Source of the DNA: a virus
Lineage: Duplodnaviria; Caudoviricetes
Length of the DNA: 33,601 nucleotides
Reading direction: 5' to 3' (one strand)
Virus record (IMG/VR): IMGVR_UViG_3300036779_000011
Location: 1 to 33,601 of that record
A model generated the notes under the pieces. That model was given only the letters and a program-made list of their open reading frames with translations, made no database searches and was not told where the DNA came from. Shown here in pieces: positions 1-8,075 of this stretch (positions are counted from its first letter, which is position 1; each line of letters begins with the position of its first letter). Made by a program: the position numbers and the translations under genes.

Positions 1-50
1 CTTTCCCCTTGGGAAGGGGATTGTTTTTGACCCCCCCATAGGGGTCCGGA
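1..50 (-). other. Probable cos/packaging-site region
   Basis: Non-coding DNA downstream of the HNH gene. Minus strand reads GGGGGGGTCAAAAA, with an inverted repeat TCCCCTT-ggg-AAGGGGA at 4-20. In HK97-like phages cos lies between HNH and terS. Cut site not determinable. Confidence 0.4.
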
Positions 51-280
51 CGCCCGAGGGCGACGCGGGAAACGTCGCCGCCCGCCTTGAGGCGAGGATC
101 GAGCGCGTCGACTGCGGGCAACGTCCTGCGGGTGACATGCGCGCGACTGGGCGACGGTCGTCTCGTCTCGTCTCGTCTGCGGGCGACGGCTGCAGGACGA
201 CGGGCGGGGTAGGGGTAGGGGAGGGCGTAAATTCCCGGATGGAGGGGTCGGGTAAAATTCCGGACGTCTGCGGGGAAGTC

Positions 281-634
281 TCAACCGGCGCTGTCGGTCT
301 GGAGCAGTTCGCGGTAGGTCTTCCGCCCATGGCACGGAACGCACAACCCTTGCCAGTTGTCCTGATCCCAGAACAGACGGTAGATGCCGCGATGGGGCAC
401 GATGTGATCGAGGATCGTCGAGAGTTCGCGGCGGCACATCTGACAGACCGGATGGCGGATAAGGAACGAATGCCTTGCACGGCGGTAGCGGGCACATGTG
501 GCAGACACGCCACGGTCTGCACTGAGAAAGGCGGGGCGGGCGGTGCGTGAATTGTGCGCGTTGCAGAACCCGTTTCGGACCGCATACTCGCGGCACGTTG
601 GGTGACTGCATTCAACATGAGCGCCTGTGGGCAT
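281..634 (-). CDS. HNH endonuclease, terminase-associated (HK97 gp74-like)
   Basis: CQMC...DHIVPHRG...FWDQDNWQGLCVPCHGRKT motif, N-terminal C-x4-C...C-x2-H, last gene before the putative cos. Confidence 0.92.
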   Translation of the reverse strand: MPTGAHVECSHPTCREYAVRNGFCNAHNSRTARPAFLSADRGVSATCARYRRARHSFLIRHPVCQMCRRELSTILDHIVPHRGIYRLFWDQDNWQGLCVPCHGRKTYRELLQTDSAG

Positions 635-640
635 GACGGG

Positions 641-928
641 TTAGTCCTCATAGGTACAGCGCGGGTGATGCTCATAGACCCTTGTGCCCGAGTCGAGGTG
701 TGACCAACGAAAGAAGCGCACGCCGGTAGCGCGCCCGGTAGGTGGTCCGATCATCTCGGCGTGGGTGGATGCGGTGCGAATTAACTGCACCTCGCGGGTA
801 CGTCCCTTGGTGGCAATGGCTGCAGCGTTACCGCTCTCGACCAGAGCGTGCGCGATGCCACTGGGCACGCGGCGGATGATGTTGCCCATGCTACTCAAGA
901 CGGTGATGTTCGGGAAGTAAGCGCGCAT
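641..928 (-). CDS. Hypothetical phage protein (95 aa)
   Basis: ATG start, packs against HNH gene; no family recognised. Confidence 0.65.
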   Translation of the reverse strand: MRAYFPNITVLSSMGNIIRRVPSGIAHALVESGNAAAIATKGRTREVQLIRTASTHAEMIGPPTGRATGVRFFRWSHLDSGTRVYEHHPRCTYED

Positions 929-941
929 GACGATACGAACG

Positions 942-1083
942 TGGGCCGGTGTCTCTGGCTGAAGGAGGTGGGCATCGGCCCTTGTATGACGGGCTGCTAT
1001 CGCTTGAGATCAGGGCCAATACCCGTATGGCCTGTAACCCAGATCAGAGCACAAGTGATGCTCCGGACGCAATGGCAGCCCGC
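942..1083 (-). ncRNA. Candidate structured RNA (three-way junction plus hairpin)
   Basis: 15-bp stem 1083-1069/1003-989 (1 mismatch) encloses two hairpins, followed by a GGGCCG/CGGCCC hairpin; G-U pairs favour the minus strand. Confidence 0.4.
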
Positions 1084-1090
1084 CAGTTAC

Positions 1091-1654
1091 TTACTTGTAA
1101 TGCGTGACTTCAGGCGTAACAGGAACCCATACCCAGAGCCAACTACTCGGCGGAAAGAACGCCAACGCCCAAAACCCCGGCATGTTACCGCCCGCATAGT
1201 CTGGCGGTAGGTTGATGGGATGTTCCGGCGAGCCCGTCTCACCGCCCGGAGGCGCGCCCGGAGGCGTGGGCCAGACGTTCGGCGGGATCGGATGTTCAAC
1301 GTGCGGCGGTGGAATCACGATACCGCCGTTCTCCGGTGGATTCGGCCAGATGTTGGGCGGGATGGGATGCGTGGGCGCGCCAGGATAACCCGGATAGTAA
1401 ATCGGGTGACTAGGATGACCGGGTTGCTGACCACCACCAGGACCACCGGGCGCTATCGGGTGGGCGGGATAATTCGGCGGCGTACCGCCCCAGAATCCCG
1501 GAGGTGCGCCACCTTGCGGCGGATTCGGCCAGACGTTGGGCGGAATGGGGTGGGCGGGAAAGCCCGGATACCACGGCGGCTGATTACCAGCCGGTGGAAG
1601 TGAGTTATCCGGCATTGCTGCAGGAATCAACCAGACAAGCATTGGTGACGTCAT
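1091..1654 (-). CDS. Pro/Gly-rich HPI-repeat protein (187 aa from MTSPML)
   Basis: Six HPI motifs (three as HPIPPNxWP), aromatic C-terminus FWALAFFPPSSWLWVWVP; AAGGAAG upstream of ATG 1654. Confidence 0.75.
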   Translation of the reverse strand: MTSPMLVWLIPAAMPDNSLPPAGNQPPWYPGFPAHPIPPNVWPNPPQGGAPPGFWGGTPPNYPAHPIAPGGPGGGQQPGHPSHPIYYPGYPGAPTHPIPPNIWPNPPENGGIVIPPPHVEHPIPPNVWPTPPGAPPGGETGSPEHPINLPPDYAGGNMPGFWALAFFPPSSWLWVWVPVTPEVTHYK

Positions 1655-1732
1655 ACGTTCGTAACTTCCTTTCTTAATTGGGGATAAGATACCCACGGCC
1701 ATGTTACGGCGAACGTCGTCGAGAAAGCCAAC

Positions 1733-1763
1733 AAAAAGGCCCCCGTCTTCGAGAACGGGGGCC
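1733..1763 (-). terminator. Rho-independent terminator
   Basis: Minus strand GGCCCCCGT-tctcgaag-ACGGGGGCC-TTTTT after the DUF3768 gene. Confidence 0.85.
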
Positions 1764-1815
1764 AGTACTGCAGGGAGTCAACTCAAATGAGGAACCGCAC
1801 GATGTTACCTCATGA

Positions 1816-2154
1816 TCAGTACTCGGTCGACAGCATGATCGTCAAAACACGCGTGGTCAGCGCGGGATTGGTGGGATCGTCGCTATGGAAGTTGAGCGAC
1901 TTGTCGTAATAGTCGATTTTCCAGTAAATGCGATCTTCGCCATGATCGAACGCGCCGAAGTCGTGTTCCAGCCGGGGATCGTTGGCAGGAGTGAACTCGG
2001 CGAACGTCTCGACCTTTTCCCGAATGCGCGACTGATCCCGAGGATCGAGCGCCGAGATTCCGGGCGTCTGCACCAGTCGGCAGCCGATCCCCATCGTGGT
2101 GCGCGCCTGATCGTTAAGAATCGCGATCAACGCGCTGGTGGTTCTGGCGGGCAT
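1816..2154 (-). CDS. DUF3768 family protein
   Basis: IAILNDQAR...NDPRLEHDFGAF...WKIDYYD...DPTNPALTTRVLTIMLSTEY is the DUF3768 signature. Confidence 0.9.
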   Translation of the reverse strand: MPARTTSALIAILNDQARTTMGIGCRLVQTPGISALDPRDQSRIREKVETFAEFTPANDPRLEHDFGAFDHGEDRIYWKIDYYDKSLNFHSDDPTNPALTTRVLTIMLSTEY

Positions 2155-2609
2155 TAGTGTTTCACCTCGAAGCCCGTCACCGCGAACTTTTCGCCGTCTG
2201 CGGTTTTCAGTTCACACTGCCAACGCGTCCGGATCATTGCACCGAAGGCGTTCTGCGAGTCGACCCACGACCGGACGATGTAACGCCCGTTGCCCGCCGC
2301 GATAACGGCGTGGTCCTCTTCCCTTTCCATCAGGCTGGGGAACGTGGCGGTAGAAGGAGCCTTGAGTCTCGCGGTAACGAGATCCTTGGCGACGCGCCAC
2401 GCGCGTCCGTCCGCCTCATCGCGTTTCCGTTCGAAAGCCGTCTGCTTATCGATGACGGACTGGGCGACGGCTGCGGCTTGTTTCGCGGCAGCCGCCTTGT
2501 GGCGTTTCGCGCGGTCTGCAGGAGTTTCGAGAGCGACTCCGATACACGCCACCACGAAGAGCGCCGCGACGGTCGCGAGAACGATGTAAAGCGCGCGTTT
2601 GATGATCAC
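2154..2609 (-). CDS. Membrane-anchored hypothetical protein
   Basis: N-terminal TM helix; LKAPSTATFP...VDSQNAFGAMIR motif common in phage/bacterial exported proteins. Confidence 0.8.
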   Translation of the reverse strand: MIIKRALYIVLATVAALFVVACIGVALETPADRAKRHKAAAAKQAAAVAQSVIDKQTAFERKRDEADGRAWRVAKDLVTARLKAPSTATFPSLMEREEDHAVIAAGNGRYIVRSWVDSQNAFGAMIRTRWQCELKTADGEKFAVTGFEVKH

Positions 2610-3022
2610 TTGGCCCTCTTGTCGCGCAGCATCATGGTCAACGTGGCGGTGAGTTGCTGCAGATGGACGACATTGGCCGCCATCGTCGCCCGCACGTCGA
2701 CGAACTCGTCGCCGTTCAGTTGCCGCAGGTCGAGCGTCTTTTGCGTGTCGATACTGCGGTCGATCAACGCCAGCCGCATCACGTTCAGATCGGCGGCGGT
2801 GAATTCGGGCGCAGTCGCGCCAATTGTCTTCGTTTCGCGACGCATCTGGCGGATCATGCGCGCTTCGATGGCGCGTTTCGATGGGCGTCGTTTTTTCTCG
2901 ACTTCCATCGGGGCGGCGTTCGTCTCGGCGACGACTTCCACCGCTGCAGGAGTCTCGACGACGGGCGTCACCGCCTCGGCGACTTGCTCCGTGATCGTTT
3001 GCTTCTTCGTTCGTTTGTTCAT
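2606..3022 (-). CDS. Hypothetical protein (138 aa)
   Basis: AAAGGAC upstream of ATG; stop overlaps next start (ATGA). Confidence 0.75.
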   Translation of the reverse strand: MNKRTKKQTITEQVAEAVTPVVETPAAVEVVAETNAAPMEVEKKRRPSKRAIEARMIRQMRRETKTIGATAPEFTAADLNVMRLALIDRSIDTQKTLDLRQLNGDEFVDVRATMAANVVHLQQLTATLTMMLRDKRAK

Positions 3023-3202
3023 CTGTGTTTCAGTCCTTTGTTCCGTTTCGTTGTTAAAAACAACACGTCTATTGTCTCAAATTGCTCAGGACGGCCCGCG
3101 AGACGTCGGGACGACTGATTCCGTCACCCGAAGCGCAGGAGTCGCTCAGGGCGCGCCTAATGCGCGGCGTTGGGCGTTTTAGCCGCCGTTGCCAATGCCG
3201 GT

Positions 3203-3397
3203 TTACGGCTTGCCCTTGCTGGTCCACATCAGGACCCGCGTAATGGCGTCGTCGAGTCGCGCGGGCGCGCGATCTTCCCAGAGTTCCCAGACGCTCGACT
3301 CCGGATCACGTTGGCAGCCCGCCGCGCGCAGTTCGTCGAACTTCCGGAGCGCCCAGAGAAGGTCTAACTGTTTGGTTTTGTCGTTCTGCAGGAACAT
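3203..3397 (-). CDS. Hypothetical protein (64 aa)
   Basis: Fills the gap on the coding strand; no motif. Confidence 0.5.
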   Translation of the reverse strand: MFLQNDKTKQLDLLWALRKFDELRAAGCQRDPESSVWELWEDRAPARLDDAITRVLMWTSKGKP

Positions 3398-3417
3398 TTC
3401 AGGTTTATGCTACGGCT

Positions 3418-3609
3418 ATGTTTCCCGCGTTCCTAATTCAGATCGTCGTCGCGCTGATCATCGTCGGACTGCTGCTATGGCTCGTGACCGTCATCCCCAT
3501 GGACCCGTTCATCGCCCGTCTGGTCCGGATCGTGGTTATCGTCGCGGTTGTTCTGTGGCTGGTCTGGCTGTTAACGGGTGTTGCGCCCGTTCAGCCCATT
3601 CGCCGATAG
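3418..3609 (+). CDS. Small two-TM membrane protein (Thivi_2564-like)
   Basis: LIIVGLLLWLVTVIPMDPFIARLVRIVVIVAVVLWL: two hydrophobic helices around an IPMD turn. Confidence 0.75.
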   Translation: MFPAFLIQIVVALIIVGLLLWLVTVIPMDPFIARLVRIVVIVAVVLWLVWLLTGVAPVQPIRR

Positions 3610-4189
3610 CCGCCCGGATCGGCACGTAATTCTCGACGTCCTGCAACATCTCGACGGCGGCACCGGCAGAGATCTCGACGCCGTTAAGCCAGAACTGAAG
3701 ATCGGCATACGGCTTGCGCGGTTTCATGTGCAGAGTGCCGAGAACACCCTCGACGGTGAACTCGTAGCGGCGACACGCCACGGCGACGAAGAGTTTGGGG
3801 CGGTCTGGCAGCATAGTCGGGTCGATCAGGAGGTACTCCGGCAGATCGCGTTCCGGGATCAGCGCGGCATCGATCCGGTGAACATACGACCGCGCCGCGA
3901 GATAGGGGCACGTCTGCAGCGCGAACCGCGCACAGTCTTCGTCAAGCGCGTTGTCCATGTATGCGCCCTCCGGGTGAAAGGCGGACAATGGACCGCCCAC
4001 GAACCACGCCAAGCCGGGGATGCGCTTGCCGCAGACAGAGCAGCGCCGGTCCTTGGCGCATTCGTGTTGTTTGGCGGAGTCGTTCACCGTGAAGTAGGGC
4101 GTACCGTCCTCGCCACACATCACCGTGTAGGGAATCGGAAAACCGCGCCTGTCGCGGCGCAGATGGTTCATGCGGCGGGGAATGATCAT
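3536..4189 (-). CDS. Conserved Cys-rich hypothetical phage protein
   Basis: DRRGFPIPY...CSVCG...WFVGGPLSA...CARFALQTCPYL; probable Zn-binding. Confidence 0.8.
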   Translation of the reverse strand: MIIPRRMNHLRRDRRGFPIPYTVMCGEDGTPYFTVNDSAKQHECAKDRRCSVCGKRIPGLAWFVGGPLSAFHPEGAYMDNALDEDCARFALQTCPYLAARSYVHRIDAALIPERDLPEYLLIDPTMLPDRPKLFVAVACRRYEFTVEGVLGTLHMKPRKPYADLQFWLNGVEISAGAAVEMLQDVENYVPIRAAIGEWAERAQHPLTARPATEQPRR

Positions 4190-4641
4190 ATGCTGCCCAG
4201 CCCGCGCGTGAAGTCTGGCAGCGCCGGTTCACCATCGAGCAGCGCGTACAGGTGCAGAACATAGGCATGGTGGTTTACATAATCCTTCTCTGACGGGAAG
4301 ACCTGATAAGCCCACCGATCCGGACCGATGAAGTCGTGTTTAACGCGCTTCATGTCTTCCCAGTCCGGAAGAAACCAACTCTGCGGCCCACGTCGCCCGC
4401 ACGCGCTGACATGCACCCAGATGCGCCCGTCATCGTGACGACTAACGGTAAGGACCACCTGAATGCTGCCGCGCCGAAACGCACCACCGGAGCCGAAGTC
4501 CTGAATGAACTGCCAGGACGGCGGGACGCGCGTCATCACGCCGCGAACAATAGAGTCGTCGATGCGCGCTTTGGCTTCAACCGCTTCGAATTGTTCACGT
4601 GTGATTCCCAACTCTTGCATCATGCGCTGTTGTTCGTCCAT
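4186..4641 (-). CDS. Conserved phage hypothetical (DUF7694-like)
   Basis: HVS...PDWEDMKRVKHDFIG...AYQVFP...YVNHHAYVLHL pattern. Confidence 0.75.
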   Translation of the reverse strand: MDEQQRMMQELGITREQFEAVEAKARIDDSIVRGVMTRVPPSWQFIQDFGSGGAFRRGSIQVVLTVSRHDDGRIWVHVSACGRRGPQSWFLPDWEDMKRVKHDFIGPDRWAYQVFPSEKDYVNHHAYVLHLYALLDGEPALPDFTRGLGSI

Positions 4642-4655
4642 AGTCCCCCTCGCGT

Positions 4656-4916
4656 TCAGTTATGTTTCGCATTGCGCGTGAAGTAGTCGACCGCCTTATC
4701 CGCCACGGCTTCGCGCGTGCCCACAAACGGAACACCGTCCTGGTCTGCATCCTTCGGTGCCATCGACACTGCGAACGCGGTGGCCTCTTCAATATCGGCA
4801 TCGTTCGGAGGGCGGTCAAAACCTCCAGTAAGGGCACTTCGCGAGCCAACTGTAGTAATGTCCCACGCGAAAACGTTTCCACTCGAAAGCACTTTCTTCC
4901 CAGATCTGTTGTTCAT
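4656..4916 (-). CDS. Hypothetical protein (86 aa)
   Basis: ATGA-coupled to the upstream gene. Confidence 0.6.
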   Translation of the reverse strand: MNNRSGKKVLSSGNVFAWDITTVGSRSALTGGFDRPPNDADIEEATAFAVSMAPKDADQDGVPFVGTREAVADKAVDYFTRNAKHN

Positions 4917-5833
4917 AACTTAATCCTCACTTCTCGCGGGGCGGCTTCCTTGCCCTTCGTACCCCGGATCACGGACGGTTGCCAGACGATCTGATGGTAC
5001 TTACCGAACAGACCGCGCCCTTCGCGGTAGTCCTTAAAATGCCCCCGGCAGATGTGCATCGCTTTGGCGAGTCCGACCGTCTGCGCGTTGCCTTCTTTCC
5101 GGAGTATCTGCTTTAACGGGTCGATCTCAAGCGTGTGCCACGGACGGGGCCAGATACCCGTCCGTCCGTGAAACTTCTTCGCCAGTGGCTTGGGCGCTTC
5201 ATTGTCGACGATACGCACGTTCCGGCAGTGTAGAAACGAGATCGCCAGCAGCGCCGGGTGCAGCCATGTGATGAAGCTCTTCAGGACCTCGGCATGTTCG
5301 CCGCCCGAATAACATCGCATCATCGGCTTGCCGATCAGTGCGCCCTCCGGAGTGACCATCAGCGCCGACGTTCCGGTCGGTCCTTCGATCAGTTTGCCGC
5401 GAAAGTCGTAATCGATGAACATCTCGGCGGTGAGAACCCAACGCACCTCTTCCGGAATCGGCACCGGCCAGTCGTCGCGGGCGACGGCGCACCAGAAGGT
5501 ACCGAGGCGCGCATCCTTGCCGATGTAGTCGCAAGGGGTATCGCCGAACTCGCCCGACCGGATCGTATGCGGCAGCTTGTGTTCAGTCCAAAACATCTGG
5601 TAGGGCGGCGCGATGTTGGGGAAGTCGCGCCCGATGTCCCAATACTCCTGATCCGTGCCCCGATAGTAGTAATCGGCCACGTTGTCGATTAGCAGGACGG
5701 GGAACTCCGCCATCGTGACGACGTGCAGCAGATTGCGCGCGTGACCGCTCCACCGTTCGCGCAGATGTTCGGCAATCCACCACGGCGTATCGACGGCGGA
5801 CGCGGCCCTGAGATCGTCAATCAATCGCGGCAT
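4913..5833 (-). CDS. Conserved phage hypothetical protein (306 aa)
   Basis: C-terminal HICRGHFKDY...GLFG...WQPSVIRG, the H-x2-R-G-H-(F/W) phage family motif; GAGGT RBS. Confidence 0.85.
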   Translation of the reverse strand: MPRLIDDLRAASAVDTPWWIAEHLRERWSGHARNLLHVVTMAEFPVLLIDNVADYYYRGTDQEYWDIGRDFPNIAPPYQMFWTEHKLPHTIRSGEFGDTPCDYIGKDARLGTFWCAVARDDWPVPIPEEVRWVLTAEMFIDYDFRGKLIEGPTGTSALMVTPEGALIGKPMMRCYSGGEHAEVLKSFITWLHPALLAISFLHCRNVRIVDNEAPKPLAKKFHGRTGIWPRPWHTLEIDPLKQILRKEGNAQTVGLAKAMHICRGHFKDYREGRGLFGKYHQIVWQPSVIRGTKGKEAAPREVRIKL

Positions 5834-6167
5834 CGGCTACCTCGCTACGCGCCATCGCTTCGCGGTTCTCCAGTTTCATCACCACCTGTTCATGTTGATC
5901 CTCGGCTTCGACCCACGTCGCGCAGCGGAATAGCTCTACCGATCTGCCGTGCTTGAACGTCATAGTTTCGAACATCGCAGGACGACGCCCGCGCGCCGCC
6001 CAGTTGTGATCGAAACCCAGAAACACGGTCGAGACGAAGTACTGACCGACGACATGCTGCGCGACGATGCGCCCCTTATCTCCCGCACCGAAACTCCATG
6101 TTGCCCACTTGAGCATGTCGGGCTCTTCGACGACCGACTGACCGACCAGGATGTAATGCCGCATCAT
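5817..6167 (-). CDS. Conserved phage hypothetical protein (116 aa from MMRHY)
   Basis: VSTVFLGFDHN...FETMTF motif; ATGA overlap with upstream stop. Confidence 0.8.
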   Translation of the reverse strand: MMRHYILVGQSVVEEPDMLKWATWSFGAGDKGRIVAQHVVGQYFVSTVFLGFDHNWAARGRRPAMFETMTFKHGRSVELFRCATWVEAEDQHEQVVMKLENREAMARSEVADAAID

Positions 6168-6823
6168 GCGGCACCACCCTTCTCTATCGGCTGGTTGGTC
6201 GTGTAATCGATGCCCATCGCGGCTTTCTTGGCGCGCGCCCTGCGATTGGCTTCTGAGAGCTTGCGTTTCCACTCGGCGACGGCCTGCGGCGACTTGTCGC
6301 GGCTGTGCGTGCCTTGTTTCGATGTCGCCCGTTTCTTACGCGCGTCGATGATCTTCTGAGCGCGCGCCACTTCCGCGTTACTCGGCGATCTGGCCGGACT
6401 GCCCGGTCGAATCAGTCCGGCTTCGCGCACGATCTCCCAACGTCTGCGGCTGGCTTCGCCCACCGCCTTGCGCTGTTCGGCGGTCATCACCTTGAGATGT
6501 TGATGTATCTTGCGCCCCATCGTGTCGTAGCGGACCTCGCGGTCGGGTTCCTGCTTCGGCCTGTTCTTACCACCGGGCGGGCGTCCCATGCGTTTCTTAG
6601 TCGTCGCGGGCGGTAACGGGAGAGATCGCGTCAAATTCTGCTCGGCTATCTGATGCCAGATTGGGACGCTTCCGGCTGGAGCGGGCGAATGTTCCAACGA
6701 TGTGAGCGCCGCTTGCGCGCCCGCCACCATCAGGAACTCGATCAGTTGCGTATTGTTCGCCGTCAGGAGGTCAATCTGCTCCTGATTGCGGTGAATCGTT
6801 CGAAGTATATTCTGTGTGTCCAT
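6164..6823 (-). CDS. Basic putative DNA-binding protein
   Basis: N-terminal coiled coil, AT-hook-like RMGRPPG, NUMOD3-like MTAEQRKAVGEASRRRW and WKRKLSEA. Confidence 0.7.
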   Translation of the reverse strand: MDTQNILRTIHRNQEQIDLLTANNTQLIEFLMVAGAQAALTSLEHSPAPAGSVPIWHQIAEQNLTRSLPLPPATTKKRMGRPPGGKNRPKQEPDREVRYDTMGRKIHQHLKVMTAEQRKAVGEASRRRWEIVREAGLIRPGSPARSPSNAEVARAQKIIDARKKRATSKQGTHSRDKSPQAVAEWKRKLSEANRRARAKKAAMGIDYTTNQPIEKGGAA

Positions 6824-6850
6824 TTCCGTTTAGTCCTCTCGTTTCGTTCG

Positions 6851-7066
6851 TCAGTTGATCGTCACAGGTGCCAATTGCGTGTCGATCTCATAGAAGTACT
6901 CATCTCCCACCGGCACCAGCGGTGAGCCATCGCCGCAGCGGTCCCAACTTTCCCGCGCTTCCTCAAGCGTTGCCCGTCGAACGACGTAATAGCGTATCCC
7001 GTTGCCAGAGGTTACTACGCTGCCCGGTTCGAGGTCCGCCCTGTCGCATCCCATGAACGCTCTCAT
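6851..7066 (-). CDS. Hypothetical protein (71 aa from MRAFMG)
   Basis: ATGA-coupled to the small Zn-finger ORF upstream. Confidence 0.6.
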   Translation of the reverse strand: MRAFMGCDRADLEPGSVVTSGNGIRYYVVRRATLEEARESWDRCGDGSPLVPVGDEYFYEIDTQLAPVTIN

Positions 7067-7227
7067 GTCGATGCTTCTCCGGGCGCGTCTTTCGAGCGGA
7101 CGATCTGCACCAAGTCGAAACACGGAATACAAACGAAGTCGACCTTCTGCGGCGACCATCCGACCAACAGATGGCAGATTCGACATGTGACCATCTGCGG
7201 GTCGGTCATCGTGATACCCGTCGTCAT
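7063..7227 (-). CDS. Small Zn-finger-like protein (54 aa; not in ORF track)
   Basis: MTTGITMTDPQMVTCRIC...CIPCFDL...EAST*; ATGA overlaps at both ends. Confidence 0.65.
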   Translation of the reverse strand: MTTGITMTDPQMVTCRICHLLVGWSPQKVDFVCIPCFDLVQIVRSKDAPGEAST

Positions 7228-7571
7228 GCCGTCGCCCGCTTTCGACTGGCGCGCCGCACATAGTCCGTGTAGTTCAGGAGTGTTTTAACGTTACTCATGT
7301 AATGCGAGAACGCTTTACTGGGTGTGTCGCGCATCACGATGGTGTTCTCGAAGTGGTACTTCGCTTCGAGTCCGCGCCGGGTGAGTCGCAAGCCGTCCCG
7401 GCTGTATTCGATCCACCCGCGATGGTACAGACTGCCCAAAGAACGTTGATCGATGTTGATCGCCGCCCCCAAGGGCACTGCCTCATCGGGTCGATCCGTA
7501 AAGATGCGGAGCGCGGCATACTGTCGATTCGACATCAGCACCTTGTGAGTTAGTTCACCGATGGCTTCCAT
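7224..7571 (-). CDS. Winged-helix-like DNA-binding protein
   Basis: MSNRQYAAL...RSLGSLYHRGWIE...LRLTRRG wHTH pattern. Confidence 0.7.
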   Translation of the reverse strand: MEAIGELTHKVLMSNRQYAALRIFTDRPDEAVPLGAAINIDQRSLGSLYHRGWIEYSRDGLRLTRRGLEAKYHFENTIVMRDTPSKAFSHYMSNVKTLLNYTDYVRRASRKRATA

Positions 7572-7709
7572 GCGTTCAGCACGTCGCCACGCGTGTTTCG
7601 TTGTTAGTCCTCATTTGTCGTGGTCCTTTCATTTATTCGTTGTCACATCTTAGTTACTTCGTCGCTATTCTACTGCACTTGTTACGTCTAACCGCCCTCG
7701 AATGAGATA

Positions 7710-8075
7710 TCAGAGTCCTAAACTCGCCTGTATCGCGTCCGCCGCGCACTGGCAACGCTTGGCGGCGGAGTTGCCCGCGCGGTCCTCGACAATGACCCAC
7801 CCGACGCCGTTACAGTGCGGGCATTTACCCTTGGCGACGGGCGTCGACGATCCACTCAGCTTCCTCGGGTGGAAGTATCGGTATACATGGGCGGGAGTCG
7901 GTGCCATGATCTCGTCCTGTAACCATGTCGTGACGAAGACCCGCGCCGCGCCCGCAGACGTCGCCGTTTCCATCATGTCGACGAGTAACTGAAAGGCTTC
8001 GTCGTTATCGTTGGGGTATCCGGGCAGTCCGGAGAACTTGCCGATCAGTTCGCGCGCCAGTGAACGGGCGATCAT
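7710..8075 (-). CDS. Putative replication accessory protein (helicase loader/inhibitor-like) with Zn ribbon
   Basis: Coupled to the initiator gene; APTPAHV motif; CPHCNGVGW...CQC. Confidence 0.55.
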   Translation of the reverse strand: MIARSLARELIGKFSGLPGYPNDNDEAFQLLVDMMETATSAGAARVFVTTWLQDEIMAPTPAHVYRYFHPRKLSGSSTPVAKGKCPHCNGVGWVIVEDRAGNSAAKRCQCAADAIQASLGL

